From contig NZ_CP021983.2 in the NCBI RefSeq assembly GCF_002075285.3, positions 5,310,001 through 5,342,000 of the forward strand: a DNA stretch of 32,000 nt. The letters run 5' to 3'. Under the pieces are notes generated by a model. That model was given only the letters and a program-made list of their open reading frames with translations, made no database searches and was not told the origin of the DNA. The first letter of the stretch is position 1. Each line of letters opens with the position of its first letter. Source of the DNA: Halomicronema hongdechloris C2206. Its GTDB lineage: Bacteria > Cyanobacteriota > Cyanobacteriia > Phormidesmidales > Phormidesmidaceae. A program made the position numbers and the translations under genes. Shown in pieces: positions 1-8,423 of the stretch.

Positions 1-190
1 AGAAAAGCTGGACATTCACCGCAAAATTCAACAATTGCCCCGCAATAGTTCCCGCACTCGGCTACGGAACCGCTGCTGGATGACGGGTCGCTCTCGCGGT
101 TACTACCGGGATTTTGGCCTGTGTCGCAACGTGATGCGAGAGATGGCCCACGAAGGGCTGTTGCCCGGGGTAGTCAAATCGAGTTGGTAG
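1..190 (+). CDS. rpsN: 30S ribosomal protein S14, C-terminal 62 codons (5' end lies outside the window)
   Basis: The frame starting at nt 2 reads [62 protein letters not shown], then TAG at 188-190. This is the canonical S14 C-terminus. It is absent from the ORF track because it is edge-truncated. Confidence 0.9.
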   Translation, partial: EKLDIHRKIQQLPRNSSRTRLRNRCWMTGRSRGYYRDFGLCRNVMREMAHEGLLPGVVKSSW

Positions 191-264
191 TGATGTTTTG
201 GGCCGAGTGGGTTGAGCCAGGTCAGTCATTACCTGTGGGAAGCGCCTTGCGTTTCAACTTCATC

Positions 265-288
265 TAGGGCTACTGATAGGGCTACTGA
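265..288. repeat. Perfect tandem duplication TAGGGCTACTGA x2
   Basis: Read directly: 265-276 and 277-288 are identical 12-mers in the rpsN-downstream spacer. Confidence 0.95.
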
Positions 289-594
289 GTCAAGGCATCC
301 GCTCGGCAGATAGTTTACCGGGGCTTACGTATACCGGGCCTATAGCAAATGCTAAGGCCCCGCCTGCTAACGAACAAAGCTGCCAGTGCCGGGCTGCGCC
401 CTATATAGGATAGGCCTAGGCTGTCGGCACCGTAGCCAATTCCTGACAACTGAACTGCTGCTGCAGTTTGCTAGTACTTTGTAATAGAAATAATGCCTCT
501 GATGAACAGAGCATAAAAGAAAGCCCCGGTTATCGAGATTTCCCTTGTTGCTAACCGCTAGATAGCGCCTGAATAGAGGGCACTGGCGGGGGAG

Positions 595-927
595 TTAACC
601 GGCACCACAGCAATGCTCAATCCCTAAGCTGTCCAGCAGCAGATCGCTCACGGCATTTGCGATCGCAAATTCACTGTAAAAACTACTTGAGAAATCAAAC
701 CCCTGCATCTCGGTCAAAATGGCCATGACCAGAGCATTAACGTCATTCTCCCCTTCAATGCGTTGACGCACAAATACCCGAGCAGCACGCTCAGCAATCT
801 CCCCATTCACAGGCTCCGGAATAAACTCACTATCTAGCCAGTGATGCAGCGAAGCTTGCAGCCACTGCCCCTCTCGCTGAGGATGCTGAGCTGGGGGCAG
901 AGTCAGAGATGGAATTGGATCAGCCAT
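595..927 (-). CDS. Conserved hypothetical protein, 110 aa, family not recognised
   Basis: Clean 110-codon ORF with ATG start and codon usage like its neighbours. No competing long ORF. No diagnostic motif that I can name. Confidence 0.6.
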   Translation of the reverse strand: MADPIPSLTLPPAQHPQREGQWLQASLHHWLDSEFIPEPVNGEIAERAARVFVRQRIEGENDVNALVMAILTEMQGFDFSSSFYSEFAIANAVSDLLLDSLGIEHCCGAG

Positions 928-1142
928 AGGGGTAAGTCAACTGCTGTGTCAACGTCCTCAACGAGGAACACAAGCTACTAAATGCATATTGCCTAGTTAG
1001 CTATTCTATGATCTAGTCTAATGATGTACTCGACCACATCCAAGGCCAAACTTGGAGAGTTGCTGCAAGGGAAATTCCAGATCCCAAATGGGATGGGTGA
1101 TAGCAACTGCTTGTTGTCCATAGTCGTGGCCCATGCCCTATC

Positions 1143-1730
1143 GTGACTGAGTTCCGTTACGACACCAACGCCATTATTCGAGGCTATTGCCAAGGCTATT
1201 TCCTCATGGCCGACGAATTTGGCAAAACCCTGAGCTGGTATACCAGCCGCCAACGGGCCTTAATTCCCCTAGACGAGCGATTTCGGTATCCAAAATCCCT
1301 GCGGCGCATCCTCAATCAGAACCGCTTCCAAGTCAAGATCAATGGCGCCTTTATGGACGTAGTCGAAGGCTGTGCCGATCGAGACAGCACTTGGATCTCC
1401 CAAGAGTTGAAACAGGTGTATTGGGAATTAGCCCAGGCGGGGTGGGCTTATAGTTTTGAAACTTGGCAGGGCAACGTTTTGGCCGGAGGCATCTTGGGCA
1501 TTGCGATCGGGGGGGCTTTTATTGGCGAGTCGATGTTTTATCGAGTGCCTGAGGGCTCTAAAGTCGCTATGGTCAAGCTCGTAGAGCGCTTGCGGCAGCA
1601 AGGATTTTTGCTGTTCGATGCGCAAATGATGAATCCCCATTTAGCCCGCTTCGGGGCCCACATGATCTCTAACAAGGAGTATTTAGCGAAGTTACAACAA
1701 GCTTGTCAGCAAGCTTGCTCGTTTCTTTAG
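1143..1730 (+). CDS. aat: Leucyl/phenylalanyl-tRNA--protein transferase
   Basis: 195 aa with a GTG start. Family-typical blocks: [69 protein letters not shown]. Confidence 0.9.
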   Translation: MTEFRYDTNAIIRGYCQGYFLMADEFGKTLSWYTSRQRALIPLDERFRYPKSLRRILNQNRFQVKINGAFMDVVEGCADRDSTWISQELKQVYWELAQAGWAYSFETWQGNVLAGGILGIAIGGAFIGESMFYRVPEGSKVAMVKLVERLRQQGFLLFDAQMMNPHLARFGAHMISNKEYLAKLQQACQQACSFL

Positions 1731-1754
1731 GGAGATATAACTACAGACAATCGT

Positions 1755-1784
1755 GGCACCCTGTTTTTCCCAACGGTGCCTTTT
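1755..1784 (+). terminator. Possible intrinsic terminator after aat
   Basis: GGCACC (1755-1760), a 14-nt loop, GGTGCC (1775-1780), then TTTT. The long loop and short T-run make it weak. Confidence 0.35.
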
Positions 1785-1929
1785 CCCAGGGATCGCTGCA
1801 ATGGGGACCGTTTAGTGAGTTTGGTGCCGAGTTAGGCACTTGATTCGTACCTACGACCGCACTGGAGCCTGGTACCGTTTGACCCTAGTACCGAACATCT
1901 TGTGGAGGCCAATGGTTGAGTCTCCCCTC

Positions 1930-2283
1930 TTAATTCTCGAAGAGGGTTTCAAATTCATCCCGCAGCCAGGCCACATTGGCGACCCTGGCCACAACCACAC
2001 TGTCACTGTCTGCATGTTCTAATTCAGCCTTCCAGCGATGGACGTGATCGCCATACTCTAACCAGAAGGCGACGATAGCATTAATCACCGCATCCCAGTT
2101 CCAGTTGGGCCGTCTGTGCACCATCTCAGTGGCCTCAATGAAACCATCCAGGGTGCAGTGATAACTCCCTAGGAAGGCACGACTGCGACGGGGACTTATT
2201 TCAATTTGTTGCTGATGTTGGAAGAACTCAATAACAGGAGCAACGCCGATAATATCAAAGCTGTAACTCATAAAACTCATCAT
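1930..2283 (-). CDS. Conserved hypothetical protein, about 117 aa, family not recognised
   Basis: The ORF track gives 1930..2286 starting at TTG. The first ATG is at 2283 (MMSFMSYSFDIIGVAP...). No nameable motif. Confidence 0.6.
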   Translation of the reverse strand: MMSFMSYSFDIIGVAPVIEFFQHQQQIEISPRRSRAFLGSYHCTLDGFIEATEMVHRRPNWNWDAVINAIVAFWLEYGDHVHRWKAELEHADSDSVVVARVANVAWLRDEFETLFEN

Positions 2284-2349
2284 CAATCATGCGGTACCGT
2301 CTGGTAGATATCCCAACAGGTAGCCCAGTTCCCCAGCCAGAGAGGTAGT

Positions 2350-2375
2350 AAAAAAGCCGCAGGAATCCCCGCGGC
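2350..2375 (-). terminator. Intrinsic terminator downstream of the DUF4912 gene
   Basis: The minus strand reads GCCGCGGG-GATT-CCTGCGGC, an 8-bp stem including one G-T pair with a tetraloop, followed by TTTTTT. Confidence 0.6.
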
Positions 2376-2555
2376 CTTGGCTGCCATGACACTACACATT
2401 GCAAATTGGACCGGAACAGCGCCTAAACTGTCCCCTGGGTAACATCATCATGCTTCCCAGAACCGAAGAAAGTATCAACCAGTTTAGATACGCATTGTAG
2501 TCCCTCGCGAAGGGGCTAACGGGTCTTTAGTAACGCTTTGTTGGATAACGGCGAC

Positions 2556-3788
2556 TTAGGCAAACCATTCCTCTACAGCATCCTCCTTGGTGTTGGTATG
2601 GCGAGAGGGGGTTTCCCGCTCGAATTTCATGTGGATAGATCGGGTTTGCTCCCCATCTGAAGCCACGGCCACGATGGGATAGTCAATGAGACCATCCTGG
2701 AAGGACATCTGGAAGCGGAAGGTGCCGTCGGAGTTGAGTTGAATCGGCTTGCCACCGATGGTGACCGTCGCATCCGGTTCTGTGGCTCCGTAAACGATGA
2801 GTTCAGCATCGGCAATCAACCAGAACTTGCGAGGGCGAATCGGGGGCGCTGAGGCCGAGAAGCCGACTCCAGACATGGTCAGCCCCGACATGGTAGGTAC
2901 GGCCCACATCCCCACTCCTGAGGGGAAGACGTAAGAACTGATGGCCTGTTGAGGCATCATCGAGCCCGGGACCTGCTGCATGGACCCGAATAGGGACCCG
3001 GCAACACGTTGTGCTTCCGCCGATTGGGCCATGGCAAAGATACCGTCGTACAGGGGACTGCCCGGCTCCGTGGCTGCCCGCTGACTGGGGTGCTGCAGGG
3101 TGGCCAGTTGCTTACCGCGCAGATCTAGGTTCCAGTCAACGGCCATGAACTGATCTTCAATCCAATCGGAAGGATATACCGGGGGGATGTGTACGGTGGC
3201 TGATCTGGCTAGCACTAGCCAGCGCCCGTCGTTGCAGATATAGCCGATTTCTACGACGTAGTCGCGATCGCTGACAGGAACCGGAAAATACCAGTCCCGG
3301 GCCATTTCGTCGCATTCGTATTGTTGCAAGCCATGGGAATTTTGGGCGTTGAGATCGATGTCGGTGACGTCATAGAGCCGTAAGGCTAGGCGGACTCCCC
3401 CCTGGCGGCGCATGTCTTCCCGATGCTCATTGGGGACATCCCAGTAGGCATAAGCCATTTGAGGATCTCGGGGCAAGAGGACGATCCGACTCTCTCCATA
3501 GCCGCCGGGTAAATCCGGCAGGCCTTCATCGACCGTGGCTAGTTCTTCTGGTGGCGCCTCCGGGGTTACCGTGTACTTGGAGGCTTCCACTTCCATCTGC
3601 CCTTCAACGGCGGTGGTCGGTACTGGCGCCGTCGGTTCTGATTGCATCATGCGAATCGCGGCGATCAGCTCTGACTTTCGCATGCGACTGTAACGAGACA
3701 CTTCTAAGTCGCTAGCCACTCTGCGGAGCTGACGCAGAGTCATGTCTTCTAGCGGCGAACGTTGAGACATCTGAGACATCATAGTCAT
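2556..3788 (-). CDS. Rho-termination-factor N-terminal (SAP-like) domain plus DUF4912 domain protein
   Basis: LRQLRRVASDLEVSRYSRMRKSELIAAIRMMQ matches the Rho_N helix-extended-helix pattern. RIVLLPRDPQMAYAYWDVP and the following block match my memory of DUF4912. The start is trimmed from 3875 to the MTMM cluster, which sits just after an AAGGAG on the minus strand (3789-3794). Confidence 0.8.
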   Translation of the reverse strand: MTMMSQMSQRSPLEDMTLRQLRRVASDLEVSRYSRMRKSELIAAIRMMQSEPTAPVPTTAVEGQMEVEASKYTVTPEAPPEELATVDEGLPDLPGGYGESRIVLLPRDPQMAYAYWDVPNEHREDMRRQGGVRLALRLYDVTDIDLNAQNSHGLQQYECDEMARDWYFPVPVSDRDYVVEIGYICNDGRWLVLARSATVHIPPVYPSDWIEDQFMAVDWNLDLRGKQLATLQHPSQRAATEPGSPLYDGIFAMAQSAEAQRVAGSLFGSMQQVPGSMMPQQAISSYVFPSGVGMWAVPTMSGLTMSGVGFSASAPPIRPRKFWLIADAELIVYGATEPDATVTIGGKPIQLNSDGTFRFQMSFQDGLIDYPIVAVASDGEQTRSIHMKFERETPSRHTNTKEDAVEEWFA

Positions 3789-4099
3789 CTCCTTAACCAC
3801 GCTATGGCGTTGGTAAACAACGGTTGGGGATCGCTCACTAGGGAAACTATGACAAAAAGCAACAGCGGGGATCAAGCCTGGGGCAAGGCTTTATGGCGCT
3901 TCTAACGAGAATTTAGGCGGTTCGGAGATCATTATGTCAAAATTTCATAACATTTTGATCCCCAGTGATCCCCTACCGGCTCAAAACCATGATGGTCGGC
4001 TGGGGGGCCTGGGGGTTTAGTAAGATCCCCTACGGAACGGCTAGGGCACCGTCAAGAAGATGCGCTGCTTGCTGAGTGACGTGATGAAGGACTGGTTGA

Positions 4100-4870
4100 A
4101 TGGATGAATTGTCTGGTGTCGGCAGGCCGTCGTCTCGTTGGGGTAGCCATCTGATTAGCCGATTGCTGCCGCCAGCCCTGCGGTTCTGGTTGCAAACCCA
4201 GGTAGAGTCTATTGGGCAGTTTGACCTGCACATTGGCGGCAGTGATCAGCAGATTCTGTCGGGCTATGTGCCCACGGTGACGGTGTTGGCTCGCCAGGCT
4301 AGGTATCAGGGACTGTGTTTGAGCTATGCCCAATTGCAAGCGGAGAATATTCGTATCAATCTAGGCCAGGTCCTACGGGGCAAGCCACTGCGATTAAAGC
4401 AGCCGTTTCCCGTGGTGGGTCAGATTATGATCGATGAGGCTGACTTCAATGCTTCGTTGACTGCTCCATTGCTGCAGCAGGCGCTGCAGGACTTCGTGCA
4501 GCAACTAGGGCGGACTCAACCCGCGTCGAGTGCCTTGGGCATCGCTCTAGCTCAGGTTTTGGCGGCCGATCGGCTCACGGCTGAGGGTGCGATCGCACCT
4601 CAGCAGGTCAGTCTCTCCCTAAGACCAACGCTGGCCCCTGACAGCATTGAGATCATCATCCAAACTGATCTCACCATCGAAAATGGCCGTCAGTTAGTCC
4701 TACGGCAGCCGCGCTGGCTGGTTAATGGAACGGCCCAGGGCCTGACAGGCCTAGATCAGTTCGCGATTGATCTAGGCCCAGACGTAAATTTGCACACCCT
4801 CCGCCTCGATGCTGGACGTTTGGTGCTGGAAGGCTGCATCAATGTGGTCCCGGTCAATCCTGATGGCTGA
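4100..4870 (+). CDS. DUF2993 (LmeA-like) family protein
   Basis: 256 aa. Blocks such as ILSGYVPTVTVLARQARYQGL and LRGKPLRLKQPFPVVGQIMIDEADFNASL resemble cyanobacterial DUF2993 proteins, from memory. Confidence 0.7.
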   Translation: MDELSGVGRPSSRWGSHLISRLLPPALRFWLQTQVESIGQFDLHIGGSDQQILSGYVPTVTVLARQARYQGLCLSYAQLQAENIRINLGQVLRGKPLRLKQPFPVVGQIMIDEADFNASLTAPLLQQALQDFVQQLGRTQPASSALGIALAQVLAADRLTAEGAIAPQQVSLSLRPTLAPDSIEIIIQTDLTIENGRQLVLRQPRWLVNGTAQGLTGLDQFAIDLGPDVNLHTLRLDAGRLVLEGCINVVPVNPDG

Positions 4871-4898
4871 TAAGCAACGGTCTGGGCAGGCCACCCCA

Positions 4899-5765
4899 TT
4901 AAAGGACCAAAAATGGCGACAGGGCGGTGACAAAGTAGTACACCAGTGGTGCGGTGAAGACATAGCTATCAGTGCGATCTAAGATGCCGCCATGGCCAGG
5001 AATCAGAGCTCCTGAATCTTTGACCCCGGCATCCCGCTTCATCAAGGATTCGGTCAAATCCCCCAGCAAACTAGAGATGCCAATTAGCCCCCCCAAGGCG
5101 GCCCCCATCAAGGGCCAGCTGGGCCAACCTAGCCCATAGGCTCCCAATAGCGCCACGATGATACTGGCCAAGAGTCCAAAAATAGCGCCTTCCACCGTTT
5201 TCTTAGGACTGATATTGGAAAGTGGCGTGCGGCCAATCCATCGCCCCATCACATAGGCTCCGATATCGGCAGCCCAGATACAGGCAAAGGTCAACAAGGT
5301 GATTTTGAGCCCCAAGGGCCAGTCGACCCAATGCCAGTCTGCAGGCCAGTAGCCTCCCCAAGGCAACGCACTCACCGCCGGACTCCCCAGATCCCGCAGG
5401 CGAATCCAGTAGCTGGGTAGGTAGCCCCCATAAAAGAGGCCCAGAATGGAGGCAGCCACATCGGCAATGGTGGCAAACTTGGGCTGAAAGAGCAGGTAAA
5501 AGCAAATAAACGTGCCCCCTAGGGGCAAGATGGCATCAGCCAGAGCCGGATAGCCGTGGGCCACTATCAGCATTAATTGGCTCACGACCAGCGTGGTTTT
5601 AACGGCCGGGACAATTCCCTTGGCTCGCACCAGCCGGAAGATTTCCAACTGCCCTAGAAAGACAATCACGCCGAAGCCAATGGTGAAATACCAGCCACCT
5701 GTGATGATCAGGCCCAGGGCCAATGCGATCGCAATGATGGCACTTATAATGCGAGACAATGGCAT
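4899..5765 (-). CDS. cdsA: Phosphatidate cytidylyltransferase (CDP-diglyceride synthase)
   Basis: 288-aa polytopic protein with SPKKTVEGAIFG and the signature KRDAGVKDSGALIPGHGGILDRTDS. Confidence 0.92.
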   Translation of the reverse strand: MPLSRIISAIIAIALALGLIITGGWYFTIGFGVIVFLGQLEIFRLVRAKGIVPAVKTTLVVSQLMLIVAHGYPALADAILPLGGTFICFYLLFQPKFATIADVAASILGLFYGGYLPSYWIRLRDLGSPAVSALPWGGYWPADWHWVDWPLGLKITLLTFACIWAADIGAYVMGRWIGRTPLSNISPKKTVEGAIFGLLASIIVALLGAYGLGWPSWPLMGAALGGLIGISSLLGDLTESLMKRDAGVKDSGALIPGHGGILDRTDSYVFTAPLVYYFVTALSPFLVL

Positions 5766-5873
5766 AGGCGGGAGTTCAGCGCTCTCGGCAAACGGTTAAT
5801 GTCAATGGCTCTAGGCTCCCTCCCAGCCCCCGCGTAGGGCAGCACTATAGCATTAACTCTCTATTAACCTATA

Positions 5874-5897
5874 AGAGAAGCAAATAGAGAAGCAAAG
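5874..5897. repeat. Tandem 12-mer AGAGAAGCAAAT / AGAGAAGCAAAG
   Basis: Read directly; 11 of 12 positions are identical. Lies in the cdsA upstream spacer. Confidence 0.9.
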
Positions 5898-6061
5898 CCA
5901 ACTCGCCCTGGCACTTGATTCGTAGCTGACTGGAAGACCTCCGATTGCCCTGGTCAGTGCCCTGTCAATAGATGTGGGTGAGATCCGCTGAAACCAATGG
6001 GGAGGTAAATGGTCCTCAGAGGGGAAATAAATGCAGGACAGTCTGTCCCATCAGATGTCTT

Positions 6062-6081
6062 CGCAAGTCGATGCAAGTCGA
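6062..6081. repeat. Tandem 10-mer CGCAAGTCGA / TGCAAGTCGA
   Basis: Read directly; 9 of 10 positions are identical. Confidence 0.9.
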
Positions 6082-6296
6082 CGCCTTGCCGCTGTAGCGA
6101 AGCGCCTCGTTGTCTCAACCAATGTGTATGCCAGGCGGCATCGGGGAGAAGGCTACTGACTCCTTATCGGCTTTGATCCCAATATCCTATCGCAAGGATG
6201 ATCCTAGCTACAACCTATTGCGACTAGGTCGATGCCCTAACTGGCCCCTAATCTTCCGACTCAGGCAAGCAGAGGCTCCCTTGCCATTGCTCCCTG

Positions 6297-6917
6297 CTAA
6301 CCGATGCGCAACAGCTCCACATCGAAGATCAAGGTAGCATTGGGCGGAATTACGCCACCAGCACCGCGGGCCCCATAGCCCAATTCCGGCGGAATAATCA
6401 GCTGCCGACGGCCCCCAACCCGCATGGTGCTAACCCCTTCGTCCCAACCTTTGATTACTTGCCCCACGCCAATGGTGAAGCTAAAGGGACGGTTGCGATC
6501 GCGGGAGCTATCAAACTTGGTGCCATCTTCAAGCGTGCCTGTGTAATGGACGGTGACCCGCTGCCCCGGTTGAGGTTTGGCACCGGTACCTTCCACCAAC
6601 TCGATGTACTGCAGCCCCGAATCCGTCGTGACCCGATCAGCGTTAGGAGCAAGGGGGCTGTCATCCCTATCGGCTGTTATGGCCACCTCAGCCGCCACCG
6701 TGGGGGCCGCCGCCGTGGGGGCCGCCGTCGCTGAGGCTGCCTCAGTGCTAGCCTCGACAACACTTCCAGATAGGGAAGACGCCGTCGCTTCATGGCCACT
6801 ACCGAGGATCTGACTCATCACCAAGACCCCACAGCAAATTACCAATACCCCTAAGCTAATCAGAATCTCACGCATAGACTTACCCAAGACTGTCTCCATG
6901 ATGCCTGTTGTGCCCAT
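6297..6917 (-). CDS. FKBP-type peptidyl-prolyl cis-trans isomerase with an N-terminal membrane/signal segment
   Basis: The C-terminal domain [44 protein letters not shown]...LIFDVELL is canonical FKBP. The N-terminus has a hydrophobic stretch followed by an Ala/Thr-rich linker. The true start may be one of the internal Met codons (6899 or 6875). Confidence 0.9.
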   Translation of the reverse strand: MGTTGIMETVLGKSMREILISLGVLVICCGVLVMSQILGSGHEATASSLSGSVVEASTEAASATAAPTAAAPTVAAEVAITADRDDSPLAPNADRVTTDSGLQYIELVEGTGAKPQPGQRVTVHYTGTLEDGTKFDSSRDRNRPFSFTIGVGQVIKGWDEGVSTMRVGGRRQLIIPPELGYGARGAGGVIPPNATLIFDVELLRIG

Positions 6918-7095
6918 GATAAACCCTGGCTAAGGTCAGGGTTAAAACCCTTACTCATCGATTGGGCTGTGCTCAGAGACCTCAGAGGACAAGGGCACAA
7001 AATGTGTAGCCGACGTTGAGAAACTCAGTAGCACCGCTTGCCGGCAAGATGCGGCAGATCTCCAGCGGAGTTGCTTTCAATCCCCAGCCTAGCCC

Positions 7096-7419
7096 TTAGC
7101 GCCAAAGCCGGTTCTCCATGTCTCGCACCTGGCGCTCCAGGCGATCGATACGCCCTCGCAGCTCATCCACTTCCGCCTGCCGGGGCACGCCTAGATCTTC
7201 TAAAACTTTGCGAAATTGGCGCTGAATCTGCTCCTCCACGCCCTTTTGGTCCGTGCTGAATTGGGCCATGACATCGTCGACAAATAGTCTGGCCTGTTCA
7301 GGATTCACCTTCCCCTCTCGCACCCATTCATCACTCACCTGACGGAGGCGATCGGCCACGAGGGAAGTCGTACCGATGCCAAGCATCAATAATTGTCTGA
7401 GCAGGTTATTGTTGTCCAT
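7096..7419 (-). CDS. Phasin-like coiled-coil protein
   Basis: 107 aa. The N-terminal LMLGIGTTSLVADRL block, then charged helices ending in EVDELRGRIDRLERQVRDMENRL, resemble proteins annotated as phasin family in cyanobacteria, from memory. Confidence 0.6.
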   Translation of the reverse strand: MDNNNLLRQLLMLGIGTTSLVADRLRQVSDEWVREGKVNPEQARLFVDDVMAQFSTDQKGVEEQIQRQFRKVLEDLGVPRQAEVDELRGRIDRLERQVRDMENRLWR

Positions 7420-7525
7420 CGGGATCTCCTGAGAGGGAAATGGTGAGGGCTTACCGTTTCATTTTGGCAAACCGTGGGGCGTCTGCCCTACCCTAGAATC
7501 CGAACCTAATGTGGGCCCATAGCTG

Positions 7526-7837
7526 ATGGTAATCGAATGGCTGCAATTTCAGATGGCTCCAGAACATCGGGAACGGTTCATCGCCGCCGATACCGAGATC
7601 TGGACAGACGCCTTGACGCCGTATCCTGGATTTGTGGCCAAAGAGGTTTGGATCACCCCAGAGGATGAAACCACAGTGGTAGTAGTGGTACGCTGGGCTA
7701 GCCGGGAACAATGGAAAGCCATCCCCGAAGCGGAGGTGAGGCGCATTGAGCAGCAATTTCAGACGGCCCTAGACTTTGAATACACCCTGGTGGCCTCTAG
7801 TGAGTATCAGGTCAGACGCTTTCAACGCCCAAATTAG
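7526..7837 (+). CDS. TIGR03792-like / ABM (antibiotic biosynthesis monooxygenase)-fold small protein
   Basis: 103 aa. MVIEWLQFQMAPEHRERFIAADTEIWTDALTPYPGFVAKEVW...VVVVRWASREQWKAIP matches my memory of the cyanobacterial TIGR03792 family. Confidence 0.65.
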   Translation: MVIEWLQFQMAPEHRERFIAADTEIWTDALTPYPGFVAKEVWITPEDETTVVVVVRWASREQWKAIPEAEVRRIEQQFQTALDFEYTLVASSEYQVRRFQRPN

Positions 7838-8423
7838 CTTTAGAGGATATTTGGAAAGTACCCTGCAACCTTGCTCCAGACTGAATTCTGGCCAACAGAG
7901 CCATACACTCTAAAACGCCTGCCTTGCAGGTCTTGCAGCCGAGTTTTCAAATGTCCTCTTAGAGGTGATTTGCAAACTGTCTAGAAGTAGCCAAAGCAAG
8001 GCTGGCAATATTGCCGTACAGGTTCACACAAGATGGCTAAAAGCACTGATAGAACTCACTTTGAAGGTTATTGAAGATTTTCTGTGCACATTAGCTCTCA
8101 GGGCGATTTGTAAACCACCAGCAGACTTTCAGCAGCCTCGTGAAAGCTCAGGCAAGACCACGGCAAGTCCTGTAGGGACTTGCCCTGACGGCTCTTGAAG
8201 ATTGGCCTTGCCCGTCAGCGTTTAATGGCTTCGGTATCAGTTAATTCGATTCACTTGATTCAGTGCCTGCGTCCTCTGCCACACTAGGAGGCAACGGCAT
8301 CGTGCTTCCAATGTCAGCCTGTGGCATAGGCCATAGGATTAGGAGGCGAGATAATTGGGGGATGGGGTGACCTCCCTTGAAATCATTCACCCTTGTCCGT
8401 CAGCTGGATGATTCGGCAGCACC

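Noticed and set aside
2283-2387. 34-codon Trp-rich ORF on the minus strand (MAAKAAGIPAAFLLPLWLGNWATCWDIYQTVPHD). Its TGA overlaps the ATG of the 1930-2283 gene in a TGATG arrangement.
   Set aside because: The ORF has no Shine-Dalgarno-like sequence. Its first third is exactly the strong hairpin plus T6 that is better explained as the terminator of the upstream DUF4912 gene. The coupling-like overlap may be coincidental. It would only be worth revisiting if the peptide is conserved.
1835-5924. Exact 15-mer GGCACTTGATTCGTA occurs in two intergenic regions (1835-1849 and 5910-5924), each followed by an ACTGGA-containing stretch.
   Set aside because: About 5e8 position pairs in 32 kb against 4^15 (about 1e9) possibilities gives roughly 0.5 exact 15-mer matches by chance. 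The flanks do not align. The local hairpin contexts differ: GGCAC is a 3' stem arm at one site and a 5' arm at the other. There is no -10 element at promoter spacing.
6009-6176. 55-codon plus-strand ORF with six Cys in 20 residues, which could suggest a metallothionein- or RiPP-like peptide.
   Set aside because: GGAGG lies only 3 nt before the ATG, which is too close. Part of the Cys pattern is generated by the tandem GCAAGTCGA duplication. It does not resemble SmtA-type metallothionein as I remember it. It sits antisense to the local transcription direction. It is kept only as a note inside the spacer finding.
7965-8198. 77-codon GTG-initiated ORF from the track, located in the long spacer.
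   Set aside because: No recognisable motif, an atypical start and no ribosome-binding site. The region is better treated as non-coding or structured RNA.
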